In this document: positions 1 through 8,946 of the stretch, one piece after another
Position numbering within the stretch: position 1 is the stretch's first letter
Layout of the letters: each line of letters begins with the position of its first letter
Assembly (NCBI GenBank): GCA_015978205.1
Contig: JADWMM010000001.1
Location: 9,382 to 33,381 of the forward strand
Length of the DNA: 24,000 bases
From: Alkaliphilus sp. NP8
Lineage (GTDB): Bacteria; Bacillota; Clostridia; Peptostreptococcales; Natronincolaceae
Direction of reading: 5' to 3'
Notes under the pieces: generated by a model
The model's database searches: none
Told to the model about the DNA's origin: nothing
What the model saw: the letters and a program-made list of their open reading frames with translations, nothing else
Position numbers and translations under genes: made by a program

Positions 1-922
1 ATAAAGTTATAACTGTTTGCTTCTGAGTAAGCCCCTTAGCTAATAATCTATGATGTAAATGTCCCTTATCAGCTTCCATAATAGGTCTACCATTTAACTT
101 TCTTCTAATTATTGCAAAAGTAGTGTCAAATATTGGCACACCTAACGCAAGAACTGGAATAAACACTGCTATTGTAGCAGCTTTTTTAATAACACCTTCT
201 ACAGAAATAGTGGCTAGTAAAAATCCTATAACTAATGAACCTGTATCTCCCATAAATATCTGAGCAGGATTAAAATTATAAGGTAAAAATCCAGAAGATG
301 CTCCTGCTAATATAGCAAGTAAAATAGCAATGTGATATTGCCCTATATTAAACGCAACAATAGATAATGATAAAGAGGCTATTGCAGACACTCCTGCTGC
401 TAAACCATCTAATCCATCAATTAGATTTACTGTATTAGTAATTCCTACAATCCAAAAAACAGTAAGTGGAAATCTAAATGCTTTTAGAAAAACGTACCCA
501 CTTTCACTATTCATTAAAGGCAAGTTAATAAAATCTATAGTTACGCCACTATATACTACGATTATGGCTGCAATTATCTGAGCAGCTAACTTAAATTTAG
601 CTGAAATTTGTTTAACATCATCTACTATACCTACTAAAACAATTATAGTTGATCCTATTAGAATTCCTCCGAATTCATTGCTATATAATAAATTCGGATT
701 AAGTATCGCCATAAAAATTGATGTAATAATAAAAGCTGAGTATATAGCAATTCCGCCTAATCTAGGTATAGGTTTTTTATGCATTCTTCTACTATCCTTT
801 GGTACATCTATTGCACCAATTTTATACGCTAGTTTTTCTGCATATGGAGTCAGCAAATATGAGATTGTTAAAGCAACAGAAAATGCTAAGATTCCAATCA
901 TAATAACATTTTGATTTTCCAT
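1..922 (-). CDS. Glycosyltransferase family 4 (MraY/WecA/TagO-type) undecaprenyl-phosphate N-acetylhexosamine-1-phosphate transferase. Only the N-terminal ~307 codons are present; the C-terminus runs off the left window edge.
   Basis: Absent from the ORF track because no stop codon lies in the window. Hand translation of the minus strand from ATG 922 (AGGAGG RBS at 928-933) gives MENQNVIMIGILAFSVALTISYLLTPYAEKLAYKIGAIDVPKDSRRMHKKPIPRLGGIAIY...IVDDV...NTVNLIDGLDGLAAG...FMGDTGS. These are hallmark motifs of polyprenyl-phosphate sugar-1-P transferases. The plus-strand ORF 678..914 is its antisense shadow. Confidence 0.85.
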   Translation of the reverse strand, partial: MENQNVIMIGILAFSVALTISYLLTPYAEKLAYKIGAIDVPKDSRRMHKKPIPRLGGIAIYSAFIITSIFMAILNPNLLYSNEFGGILIGSTIIVLVGIVDDVKQISAKFKLAAQIIAAIIVVYSGVTIDFINLPLMNSESGYVFLKAFRFPLTVFWIVGITNTVNLIDGLDGLAAGVSAIASLSLSIVAFNIGQYHIAILLAILAGASSGFLPYNFNPAQIFMGDTGSLVIGFLLATISVEGVIKKAATIAVFIPVLALGVPIFDTTFAIIRRKLNGRPIMEADKGHLHHRLLAKGLTQKQTVITL

Positions 923-1007
923 AATTTCCTCCTTAGTCTTTACAAACCTTTCAACTTATATATATTACATCAACATATTAGAATTATCAATATATTAATA
1001 GCTCTAT

Positions 1008-1448
1008 CTACTTAATTACTTCCAACTCAATACCTGATTCTTCAAGCAATTGACGCGACAATTCATCTGGATAATTTCTTTTAAATACTAATCTGCTAAT
1101 TCCTGCATTAATTATCATTTTTGTACATACTACACAAGGTTGAATAGTTACATAAATAGTTGCACCTTCTAGTTTAACACCATGAAGCGAAGCCTGAATA
1201 ATAGAGTTTTGCTCAGCATGAAGACCTCTGCAAAGCTCATGACGCTCACCTGAAGGTATTCCTAACTGCTTTCTAAGACATCCTGTTTCTTCACAGTGTT
1301 CTAATCCAGTAGGGGCTCCATTATATCCACTTGCCAAAATTCTTTTATCCTTAACAACTACTGCACCTACCTGTCTACGTAAACAAGTAGATCTCGTTTT
1401 AACTATTTCCGCCATTTCCATAAAATATTCATCCCAAGATGGACGCAT
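1008..1448 (-). CDS. comEB: Deoxycytidylate (dCMP) deaminase, ComEB-type
   Basis: 146 aa with the zinc-binding cytidine/deoxycytidylate deaminase motifs HAEQN and PCVVC. ATG start preceded by a G-rich RBS (AGGGGGG). Confidence 0.9.
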   Translation of the reverse strand: MRPSWDEYFMEMAEIVKTRSTCLRRQVGAVVVKDKRILASGYNGAPTGLEHCEETGCLRKQLGIPSGERHELCRGLHAEQNSIIQASLHGVKLEGATIYVTIQPCVVCTKMIINAGISRLVFKRNYPDELSRQLLEESGIELEVIK

Positions 1449-1647
1449 AAAATCCCCCCTATATTACAAATTATTTATATCTAATTATATCATTATAACA
1501 TATATTCGCAATTTCAATATATTTTATAGTACATTTGTAAGAAAAATTTAATATTCACAACCAAAGACCTACAAATATAAGTGTAAGTATTGACTTTAAT
1601 TGTAAATTATGTTAATTTTAAACGATAATAAAAAAGGGGTAATTTAT

Positions 1648-1809
1648 ATGAAAATAAAACACAAAATATATATTTCACAATTTTTTGTTTTCCTGCTTAT
1701 TTTTTATAAGAACTACAATTTTAAATTTAATATAGATTCGCTTATTTTTTTTATCATATGTGCATTTGCAGCATACATAATAAATAATTTACCTCATGAT
1801 TTAAAATAA
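1648..1809 (+). CDS. Hypothetical small (53 aa) two-helix hydrophobic protein; doubtful
   Basis: Internal ATG at 1648 of the listed ORF 1609..1809, preceded by AAGGGG 8 nt upstream. Product: MKIKHKIYISQFFVFLLIFYKNYNFKFNIDSLIFFIICAFAAYIINNLPHDLK. Followed by a strong palindromic terminator. The F/I/K/N/Y-rich composition is also what random AT-rich DNA would encode. Confidence 0.3.
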   Translation: MKIKHKIYISQFFVFLLIFYKNYNFKFNIDSLIFFIICAFAAYIINNLPHDLK

Positions 1810-1844
1810 ATATAATATAACATATTAGTTTTTAAGCAGAAACG

Positions 1845-1888
1845 ACCTAAGAAAACCTTGTTTGAATTCAAACAAGGTTTTCTTAGGT
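1845..1888. terminator. Bidirectional intrinsic terminator: 44-nt perfect palindrome between convergent upp (-) and the small + ORF
   Basis: ACCTAAGAAAACCTTGTTTGAA / TTCAAACAAGGTTTTCTTAGGT form perfect 22-nt arms centred on GAATTC. T-rich flanks are present on both strands. Confidence 0.65.
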
Positions 1889-1977
1889 TATTTCTAGAGT
1901 TGTTTTATTTTATTGTTTTTTATCAACATAAGTTGAGTATTAATTTTCACAATTGTTTCTTGAAACGTTATATATAA

Positions 1978-2607
1978 TTATTTTGTTCCAAACAATCTAT
2001 CTCCTGCATCTCCTAAACCAGGGATAATATAAGCATGCTCGTCTAATTTTTCATCTACCGAAGCTACATAAATATCTACATCTGGGTGCATGTCTTGTAC
2101 AGCTTCTATTCCTTCTGGACATGCAACTAAACAAACAAGTTTAATATTTGTAGCACCTCTATCTTTAATGAACTTTATTGCAGCTTTTGCAGAACCACCT
2201 GTTGCTAACATTGGATCTACTACAATTAATTCTCTTTCACTTACATCTGTAGGCATCTTTACGTAGTATTCAACTGGTTCTAAAGTCTCTGGATCACGAT
2301 ATAAACCAACATGCCCAACTTTTGCAGCTGGTATTAACTCTAAAATTCCATCTACCATACCGATCCCTGCTCTTAAAATTGGAACTATACCTAATTTTCT
2401 ACCACTTAAAGTTTTAGACTTAGTTTTACAAACAGGAGTTTCTATTTCTATGTCTTCTAAAGGAAGGTTACGTGTAACCTCGTAGCCCATTAACATAGAA
2501 ATCTCTTTTACTAGCTCTCTAAAAGCTTTAGAGCCTGTATTCTTATCTCTTATCATAGTTAATTTATGTTGTATTAATGGATGATCAATAACTGTTACTT
2601 TACCCAT
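1978..2607 (-). CDS. upp: Uracil phosphoribosyltransferase
   Basis: Full-length match in character to Upp ([17 protein letters not shown]..., PRPP-binding loop [11 protein letters not shown]). Start moved from 2625 to ATG 2607 because AGGAGG lies inside the first six called codons, 6 nt upstream of this ATG. Confidence 0.93.
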   Translation of the reverse strand: MGKVTVIDHPLIQHKLTMIRDKNTGSKAFRELVKEISMLMGYEVTRNLPLEDIEIETPVCKTKSKTLSGRKLGIVPILRAGIGMVDGILELIPAAKVGHVGLYRDPETLEPVEYYVKMPTDVSERELIVVDPMLATGGSAKAAIKFIKDRGATNIKLVCLVACPEGIEAVQDMHPDVDIYVASVDEKLDEHAYIIPGLGDAGDRLFGTK

Positions 2608-2644
2608 AGTTTTCCTCCTAAGCATATTATATTTATACTATAAT

Positions 2645-3088
2645 TTAGTATCTGTTTTCAATATCAGTAATCTTGTCTATTCTTCTTTGATGTCTTCCGC
2701 CTTCAAATTCAGAGCCTAACCATGTATCTACAATATCTAATGCAAGACCAGGGCCTACTACTCTTCCTCCTAAAGCTATAATATTAGCATCATTATGCTG
2801 TCTAGTTGATCTAGCAGAGAAGCAGTCACTAACTAATCCGCAGCGAACCCCTGGTATTTTATTGGCAGCTATTGATATGCCTATTCCTGTACCACAAATT
2901 AATATACCTTTTTCAAGCTCTTTATTAGCTACAGCCTTTCCTACTGCTTCAGCAAAGTCAGGATAATCTGTAGATTCAGTTGAATCCGTTCCGAAATCTT
3001 TTATATCGAATCCTTTTTCTTGTAGGTGTTTTTTTATAAGTTCTTTTAATTCGTACCCACCATGATCACTTCCTATAGCAATTTTCAT
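2645..3088 (-). CDS. rpiB: Ribose-5-phosphate isomerase B (RpiB/LacAB family)
   Basis: 147 aa, MKIAIGSDHGG...CGTGIGISIAANK...GGR signature. GGAGGTG RBS. Confidence 0.9.
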   Translation of the reverse strand: MKIAIGSDHGGYELKELIKKHLQEKGFDIKDFGTDSTESTDYPDFAEAVGKAVANKELEKGILICGTGIGISIAANKIPGVRCGLVSDCFSARSTRQHNDANIIALGGRVVGPGLALDIVDTWLGSEFEGGRHQRRIDKITDIENRY

Positions 3089-3167
3089 CTTAACACCTCC
3101 AATATGAAATTTTTCGCAAATCTATATAACATTCTACATTAATTTTAATAATCCTTCAATTATTTTT

Positions 3168-3674
3168 TTAAATAATTTTTTCCACTAATTTATGTAAATA
3201 TTCTTCTATTTCCTTAACACATTTACTATAAACCTCTACAGGCTGTCCAAACGGATCTCTTATATCATATATATCATCATTAGCTTCTTCAAAGGATACT
3301 TTGCTTTTTTCAAGTTTTTTTCCATTATTTAAAATGTATTCTTTTAGTGTGAAAACTTTACCTTTAGCATTAGGTCGCATTTGTTCTACTCCCATTTTAT
3401 GATTAACCGTCATAGTTAAAATTAAATCTGTTTCTTTAATAAGATTTGGAGTTAAAGGAGTTGATAAATGGTTTCTAATATCTATACCTTTATCCTCTAA
3501 AACTTGTATAGCCTGGGGAGATGCATTGTCTCCATCCCATGCACATGTACCAGCAGAACTTATTTTAAATCGATTTTTACTTATACCCTTGTCCTCCAGT
3601 AGCTTTTTAAATAAAGCCTCGGCCATACTACTTCTACAAGTATTGCCTGTACACACAAATAAAATACTTTTCAT
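3168..3674 (-). CDS. ywlE: Low-molecular-weight phosphatase, YwlE-like (probable protein-arginine phosphatase)
   Basis: N-terminal P-loop C-TGNT-C-RS (CX5R-S) and a distal DP motif (IRDPFG). Position between sua5 and rpiB matches the B. subtilis ywlC-ywlE-ywlF order. Confidence 0.8.
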   Translation of the reverse strand: MKSILFVCTGNTCRSSMAEALFKKLLEDKGISKNRFKISSAGTCAWDGDNASPQAIQVLEDKGIDIRNHLSTPLTPNLIKETDLILTMTVNHKMGVEQMRPNAKGKVFTLKEYILNNGKKLEKSKVSFEEANDDIYDIRDPFGQPVEVYSKCVKEIEEYLHKLVEKII

Positions 3675-3723
3675 AAAGCTGCCTCCCCTTAATTTTAATA
3701 ATAAAAGCTAAATAATAATAATA

Positions 3724-4806
3724 TCATTCAGCTTTTATTATGCAATAACCTGCGGCTTTTTTCAACCTATTCATTACAGCTTGACCTATTTTTACAGCAT
3801 CTACAGATTCAGATAGTATGATTTGAACATCTGTTTCATCAAACTCTCTTAAAACTTTAAATAAATTTGCAGCAATACTTTCTGGGCTATTCCTGCTTCC
3901 TATAGATTTAATGATAGATTTTGTGTATTTATTTATAGTTTCATCAGTACAGATTATACCTACTTTTTTATTGTCATTTTCATAATTTACTTTAAGTTCC
4001 TTTATTTTGTTTACAGTTTTTTCTAAATCACCTTCAATTATTATAACATTTGCTTTCGGTGCATAATGAGTATATTTCATACCTGGTGATTTAGGAGCTT
4101 CCTTAATCTCTGTTGGACCTTCTATAGCTTTATCTATAGACACTTCTCCTAATACTTCCTCTAACATTTCTTTTGTAACTCCACCTGGCCTCAATATCAT
4201 AGGTATATCTCCACTCATATCCAAAACAGTTGACTCTACCCCTACATTAGAATCTCCTCCTGCAACTATAGCATCTACCTTACCTGAAAGATCCTCTATT
4301 ACATGCTCTGCCTTAGTAGGACTCGGTTTACCTGAAAGGTTTGCACTAGGCGCTGCTATAGGAATTCCTGCTTCCTCTATAAGCTTAACAGCTATAGGAT
4401 GACTAGGCATTCTAATAGCTACTGTAGATAATCCAGCAGATATTTCATGTGGAACAATATCACTTTTTTCAAAAATAATAGTTAAAGGTCCTGGCCAAAA
4501 CTTTTCAATAACAGGATAAACTTTTTGTGGTATAGATTCTACTAAAGGAAATATATCTTCTATTTTAGTAATATGAACTATTAAAGGATTATCCGAAGGC
4601 CTCCCTTTAGCTTCAAATATTTTTTTTACTGCTTTTGGATCTAGTGCATTGGCTCCTAAACCATATACCGTTTCTGTAGGAAATGCTACTGTCCCTCCAC
4701 AATTTAATATATTAGCACATTCTTCTATTAATGAATTATCTATTTTATCAACATCTATTTTTACAATTTTTGTATCTTGCATAACTTTATTCACCACTCC
4801 ACTCAT
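3724..4806 (-). CDS. tsaC: L-threonylcarbamoyladenylate synthase, long Sua5/YwlC form (t6A tRNA modification)
   Basis: YrdC-domain motifs (VAFPTETVYGLGANA, PSAN) plus a C-terminal Sua5 domain; 360 aa. The start is ambiguous. ATG 4806 overlaps the PBP stop. ATG 4782 (MQDTKIV...) lies 4 nt after the PBP stop. Confidence 0.9.
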   Translation of the reverse strand: MSGVVNKVMQDTKIVKIDVDKIDNSLIEECANILNCGGTVAFPTETVYGLGANALDPKAVKKIFEAKGRPSDNPLIVHITKIEDIFPLVESIPQKVYPVIEKFWPGPLTIIFEKSDIVPHEISAGLSTVAIRMPSHPIAVKLIEEAGIPIAAPSANLSGKPSPTKAEHVIEDLSGKVDAIVAGGDSNVGVESTVLDMSGDIPMILRPGGVTKEMLEEVLGEVSIDKAIEGPTEIKEAPKSPGMKYTHYAPKANVIIIEGDLEKTVNKIKELKVNYENDNKKVGIICTDETINKYTKSIIKSIGSRNSPESIAANLFKVLREFDETDVQIILSESVDAVKIGQAVMNRLKKAAGYCIIKAE

Positions 4807-6196
4807 TTAATCCTTGATTTATTACTTCTCTTGCAATAGGTGCAGCTGCTGCACCGCCGCTTCTACCTTCTGATTCTAAAATAACTGCAACTGCTATTTT
4901 AGGGTCATTAGCAGGTGCAAATCCTATAAACCATGAATGGTCCTCCCCAGTTTCATTTTGTGCAGTTCCTGTTTTTCCTGCAACATCTATCCCATTAATT
5001 CTAGCATTTCTACCTGTACCTTCATTAACTACGGCCACCATCATATCTTTAATTTCATTTGCTATAGTTTCAGAAACAATAGGAATTCCTTCATTATTAT
5101 TAGTATATAATACTCTATCATTTTCACTTGTAACTTGTTTCAATATATAAGGAGTCATCATAACTCCATCATTAGCAAATATGGATGTTGCTGTTACCAT
5201 ATGCATAGGTGTTACTAACAGCTTTCCCTGACCTATAGACACAGCTGCTATATCTGTAGAACTCATATCTATATCATATGGATATCTACTTTTACTTATA
5301 GGCATATCAGATTTTAAATCTTTACCTACAAAAAACTTCTTAGATATATTAGTTATTTTTTCACTTCCAAGTTCTGTTCCCATTCTAGCAAAATTAGTAT
5401 TACAGGATACTATCATAGATCGTCTTAAATCTAAATTTCCATGTCCAGATTTATTAAAATCTGATAAATCATAACCGTCAATATTTATAGTCCCTGTACA
5501 ATCATATTCAGTATTAATAGTTCCATCTTGCAGTATAGCTGCCGCTATAATTGGCTTGTATATAGAGCCTGGAGGGTAAAGTCCAGAAAGACTTCTGTTA
5601 AGCAGTGGGCTTCTTTCATCAGAAGTAAGCTTCTCCCAATTATTCGATAATGTATTAGGATTATAATCTGGCTTACTCACCATAGCTAAAACTTCTCCAG
5701 TTTTAGGATTCATTGCCACAATAGACCCTATTTTACCTTTTAGCAAACTTTCTGATCTTTGTTGCAAATTATGACTTATTGTAAGAGTTAAATTATTGCC
5801 ATCAATTCTTTTACCTGTAATACTTTCTCTAAGTTCAGCTAAAATATTATCTTCTGTTAAAGCAAGCAACTCATCATTATAATACGATTCTATTCCAGAT
5901 TTTCCAAATTTTTTAGAGCTATACCCTATAACATGACTATATAACTGATTATAATTATATACTCTAGACATTTTGTCATCTTCTTCTACTATAGTTTCAG
6001 CAAGTATAACACCGTTACGGTCTAAAATATTTCCTCTTATAGTTTTATCTTCTACAGCCAAATACCTTTTATTATAAGGATGCTTAGTTAAATCTGCTGC
6101 TTCAAATATTTGAAAATAAGTTAAATAAGCGATTATACTAAAAAATAAAATACTCATAAATATAATTACATGAATTATTTTTTTATCACTACTCAA
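4787..6196 (-). CDS. Class B penicillin-binding protein (PBP2/PbpA-type transpeptidase)
   Basis: N-terminal membrane anchor and transpeptidase motifs SIYK (SxxK), SCN (SxN) and KTGT. The track start 6253 is a TTG deep inside the SEDS gene. TTG 6196 is preceded by GAGGAGG with a 9-nt spacer and overlaps the SEDS stop, so I prefer it. Confidence 0.88.
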   Translation of the reverse strand: MSSDKKIIHVIIFMSILFFSIIAYLTYFQIFEAADLTKHPYNKRYLAVEDKTIRGNILDRNGVILAETIVEEDDKMSRVYNYNQLYSHVIGYSSKKFGKSGIESYYNDELLALTEDNILAELRESITGKRIDGNNLTLTISHNLQQRSESLLKGKIGSIVAMNPKTGEVLAMVSKPDYNPNTLSNNWEKLTSDERSPLLNRSLSGLYPPGSIYKPIIAAAILQDGTINTEYDCTGTINIDGYDLSDFNKSGHGNLDLRRSMIVSCNTNFARMGTELGSEKITNISKKFFVGKDLKSDMPISKSRYPYDIDMSSTDIAAVSIGQGKLLVTPMHMVTATSIFANDGVMMTPYILKQVTSENDRVLYTNNNEGIPIVSETIANEIKDMMVAVVNEGTGRNARINGIDVAGKTGTAQNETGEDHSWFIGFAPANDPKIAVAVILESEGRSGGAAAAPIAREVINQGLNEWSGE

Positions 6197-7577
6197 GTAT
6201 AACAGCCTCCTCTTCTTCAATTGTTTTTTTAGAGATTGCCTGTAATATACCAAAGGATATGAATGCTGAAATTAAAGAAGTTCCTCCGTAGCTAATAAAA
6301 GGTAATGTAACTCCAGTAAGTGGGATTAGTTTAATAACTCCACCTATTATAATGAAGGTTTGGTATCCATATATTAATGTAATTCCAAGAGCAACTATTC
6401 TTTTAAATATATCTTTAATAGTCAACGCTATTTTAAACCCTCTATATATTAATAAAAAATAAAGAAGCACTACTGATATCCCACCAAAAACTCCCATTTC
6501 TTCACATATTGCAGAAAAAATAAAATCCGTGTGCACCTCTGGAATATATGTAGGACTCCCTAAACCTAAACCTGTTCCAAAAAAACCTCCTTCTGCAATA
6601 GCAAATAAGGACTGGGTAATCTGATACCCTTTATTAGATATATCTGCCCAAGGATTAATCCAGGTAGTTAATCTAACATTAACATGACTCATAGTAAAGT
6701 AACTAATTATACCTATTATTAATACAAGCCCTAAATTATATAAAAGCAATTTACGGTCATCTTCATATATATAAAATATACTTAGAAACACTATAAAAAA
6801 AAGTGCGGATAAACCTAGTTCTCTTTGAAGTAATAGAAAGAAAATATGCATATATGCTAACCCTAAAAATACATATACATTCTTTACTTTTTCATTAAGC
6901 GTATCTATTAATCCTATTTCAGTTTCAATAGATTCTATTGGTTCCTCTTCAGTATAATCTAAATCTTTATTCACATCAGAATTTATAATTTGGTCTTCAT
7001 AAGAATCTAAACCTTCAGAATGAGTTACTACTTCATCTGAACTGAATCTTAATTTATAATAAGCTGCAATAAAAAACACAAAGCTTACCTTTATTATTTC
7101 TGCAGGTTGAAATGAAAACCCTCCTATTTGTATCCAGTTAGTAGCACCGCCTATACTACTTCCTACAGCAATAGTAGTTATAAATGAAATAAAGTTAAAA
7201 ATTATGTAAAGATATAAATATTTATCCCAACCCTTTATAAATCTAAATATTATGTAAGCTAAAAAATAAAGTATTATTCCAAGAGCATATAAACTAATCT
7301 GTCTAACACCATACTCTGGGTTAATACGATACAACATTATAATACCTAAGCTTGTTAACATAGATATTATTAAAAATATATACTCATCACCCATTTGTAG
7401 TTTTATAATAGCTAAGTAAGAAATAACCATTAAAGCTATTACTCCAGCACCAGATGCTAGTATAAATGTATCTAATGGTTTTACATATAGAAATAATAGC
7501 CCAAAGAATAATAAATTTACAAAGATTAATATATAAATAGGATTTTGTATTCTAAAAAATTTATTAAGCTTCATCAT
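6189..7577 (-). CDS. SEDS-family peptidoglycan glycosyltransferase (FtsW/RodA/SpoVE) with an atypical internal acidic insertion
   Basis: About 10 TM segments, the FQPAE motif and the PFISYGGTS C-terminal signature. Tandem ATGs at 7577/7574 follow a GAGGTGG RBS and overlap the FHA gene stop. Confidence 0.9.
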   Translation of the reverse strand: MMKLNKFFRIQNPIYILIFVNLLFFGLLFLYVKPLDTFILASGAGVIALMVISYLAIIKLQMGDEYIFLIISMLTSLGIIMLYRINPEYGVRQISLYALGIILYFLAYIIFRFIKGWDKYLYLYIIFNFISFITTIAVGSSIGGATNWIQIGGFSFQPAEIIKVSFVFFIAAYYKLRFSSDEVVTHSEGLDSYEDQIINSDVNKDLDYTEEEPIESIETEIGLIDTLNEKVKNVYVFLGLAYMHIFFLLLQRELGLSALFFIVFLSIFYIYEDDRKLLLYNLGLVLIIGIISYFTMSHVNVRLTTWINPWADISNKGYQITQSLFAIAEGGFFGTGLGLGSPTYIPEVHTDFIFSAICEEMGVFGGISVVLLYFLLIYRGFKIALTIKDIFKRIVALGITLIYGYQTFIIIGGVIKLIPLTGVTLPFISYGGTSLISAFISFGILQAISKKTIEEEEAVILE

Positions 7578-8016
7578 CAGCCACCTCTTTTACAAATAAA
7601 AACTCAACTTGTCCTATTCCAATCCTATCTCCATTTTTAAGTTTGACTACATCTGCTATTTTTTCATTATTTAGGTATGTTCCGTTAATACTGCCTACAT
7701 CTTCTAAAAAATACTCTCCTTCATCTTGTACTATTTTTGCATGATTAGAAGAAATATACCTATCTAATAGTTTAATAGAGTTTTGTTTTCCTCTACCTAT
7801 AGTAGTTATCTGTCCTAAATCATAAAACTCCTGAATATCAAAATCTAACATTTCTTTTCTATTAATAAGCTTTAAATAAGGTCTATTATACTGTCTTCGA
7901 TTCATTCTGTTAATAGACTTAATATCTAAATATATTAGCCTTATAATTCCAAATAGAAAATAATATATAAGTATTATAAATATATATCGTATAATCCAAG
8001 AAAGGATTTCAAACAT
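7564..8016 (-). CDS. Membrane-anchored FHA-domain protein (FhaB/FipA-like architecture)
   Basis: One N-terminal TM helix followed by a basic stretch (positive-inside rule, so the C-terminus is cytoplasmic). Then the FHA signature TIGRG...SxxHA...NGT(Y)LN. Confidence 0.85.
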   Translation of the reverse strand: MFEILSWIIRYIFIILIYYFLFGIIRLIYLDIKSINRMNRRQYNRPYLKLINRKEMLDFDIQEFYDLGQITTIGRGKQNSIKLLDRYISSNHAKIVQDEGEYFLEDVGSINGTYLNNEKIADVVKLKNGDRIGIGQVEFLFVKEVADDEA

Positions 8017-8074
8017 TTATATTCACCCTTAACCTTTCAGACATATTTAGTATATTGTAAAAATTTATTTCTTA

Positions 8075-8114
8075 ATAAAAATTAAGTTTAGGTATAATTA
8101 AAGTTAACCTAAAC
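8075..8114 (-). terminator. Intrinsic terminator after the ZIP transporter gene
   Basis: Stem GTTTAGGT (8107-8114 on the minus strand) pairs with ACCTAAAC (8086-8093), followed by TTAATTTTTATT on the minus strand. Confidence 0.55.
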
Positions 8115-8171
8115 TAAGTCTTTATCTATATCAATATTGTATACCAAAATTAATAAAATTAACAATATGTT

Positions 8172-8909
8172 CTAAAATATTTTAGAAACAATAATTCCTA
8201 TCATAAATCCAAATACAGCAAACATAGTTGAAATTCTCCCTTTGTTAAGCTCTTGTCCCTTCGGAATTAGTTCTCCAATTGTAATATATAGCATAGTTCC
8301 TCCAGCAAAGGCTAAAGAAAAACCAATAAGACTATAGGCCACTTCACCTATTAATACTCCAAAGTATGCACCAAACCCCATAGGTGTTCCCACTAGCAAA
8401 GCAAATAAAAAGGCTTTTAAAGCTCCATATCCTCCCACTTTCATAGGTACTACCATAGCAATCCCTTCTGGTACATTATGTAGTGCTATTACTATTGCAA
8501 GACTAATTCCTAAGCTACTTTCTGCCATAAATCCGGAACCAATCGCAAGACCTTCTGGAAAATTGTGAAGTGCAATACTAACTCCTAACAAAAATCCTGT
8601 TTTTAAAAACCCTTGCTTTATTGATAATTTAGTTTCTGTAGACTGCATTACTATATTATCTAAAATAGCTGATGCAAGAGCTCCCAATCCTAAGCCTATA
8701 ACTGTACTTATTTCCCCTGCAATATTAAATGCCTCTGGGAGCAAGTCAAAAGTTACAGTAGCAAGCATAACCCCTCCCGACAGCCCTATAATACTGCTTA
8801 AAAAACGATTCGAAGGTTTCTTTATAAAAAATCCAAAAGCTCCCCCTAATCCTGTTCCTATAACTCCAACCATAAATCCTATTAATGTAGTTCTAACTAA
8901 ATAGCTCAT
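8172..8909 (-). CDS. ZIP-family (ZupT/GufA-like) divalent metal transporter
   Basis: 245 aa polytopic protein with the duplicated motif HNFPEG / HNVPEG typical of ZIP permeases. Confidence 0.85.
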   Translation of the reverse strand: MSYLVRTTLIGFMVGVIGTGLGGAFGFFIKKPSNRFLSSIIGLSGGVMLATVTFDLLPEAFNIAGEISTVIGLGLGALASAILDNIVMQSTETKLSIKQGFLKTGFLLGVSIALHNFPEGLAIGSGFMAESSLGISLAIVIALHNVPEGIAMVVPMKVGGYGALKAFLFALLVGTPMGFGAYFGVLIGEVAYSLIGFSLAFAGGTMLYITIGELIPKGQELNKGRISTMFAVFGFMIGIIVSKIF

Positions 8910-8946
8910 ATATATTCCCCCATAATATTTAAATTAAAATATCAAT

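Noticed and set aside
678-914. Plus-strand ORF (78 aa) from the track
   Set aside because: It lies entirely antisense to the well-supported GT4 transferase gene (1..922, minus strand). It has no RBS, and its hydrophobic low-complexity product is typical of the mirror frame of a membrane protein.
2608-2625. N-terminal extensions in the ORF track: upp 2625, prfA 10449, rpmE 19530, tdk 19173, SBP 23541 and PBP 6253
   Set aside because: In each case a strong Shine-Dalgarno sequence lies inside the extension, 5-9 nt upstream of an internal ATG (TTG for the PBP). The shorter product begins at the conserved family N-terminus. The longest-ORF start is therefore unlikely to be the real one.
3526-3711. 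Plus-strand ORF (61 aa)
   Set aside because: Antisense to the LMW phosphatase gene, with no RBS and no recognisable motif.
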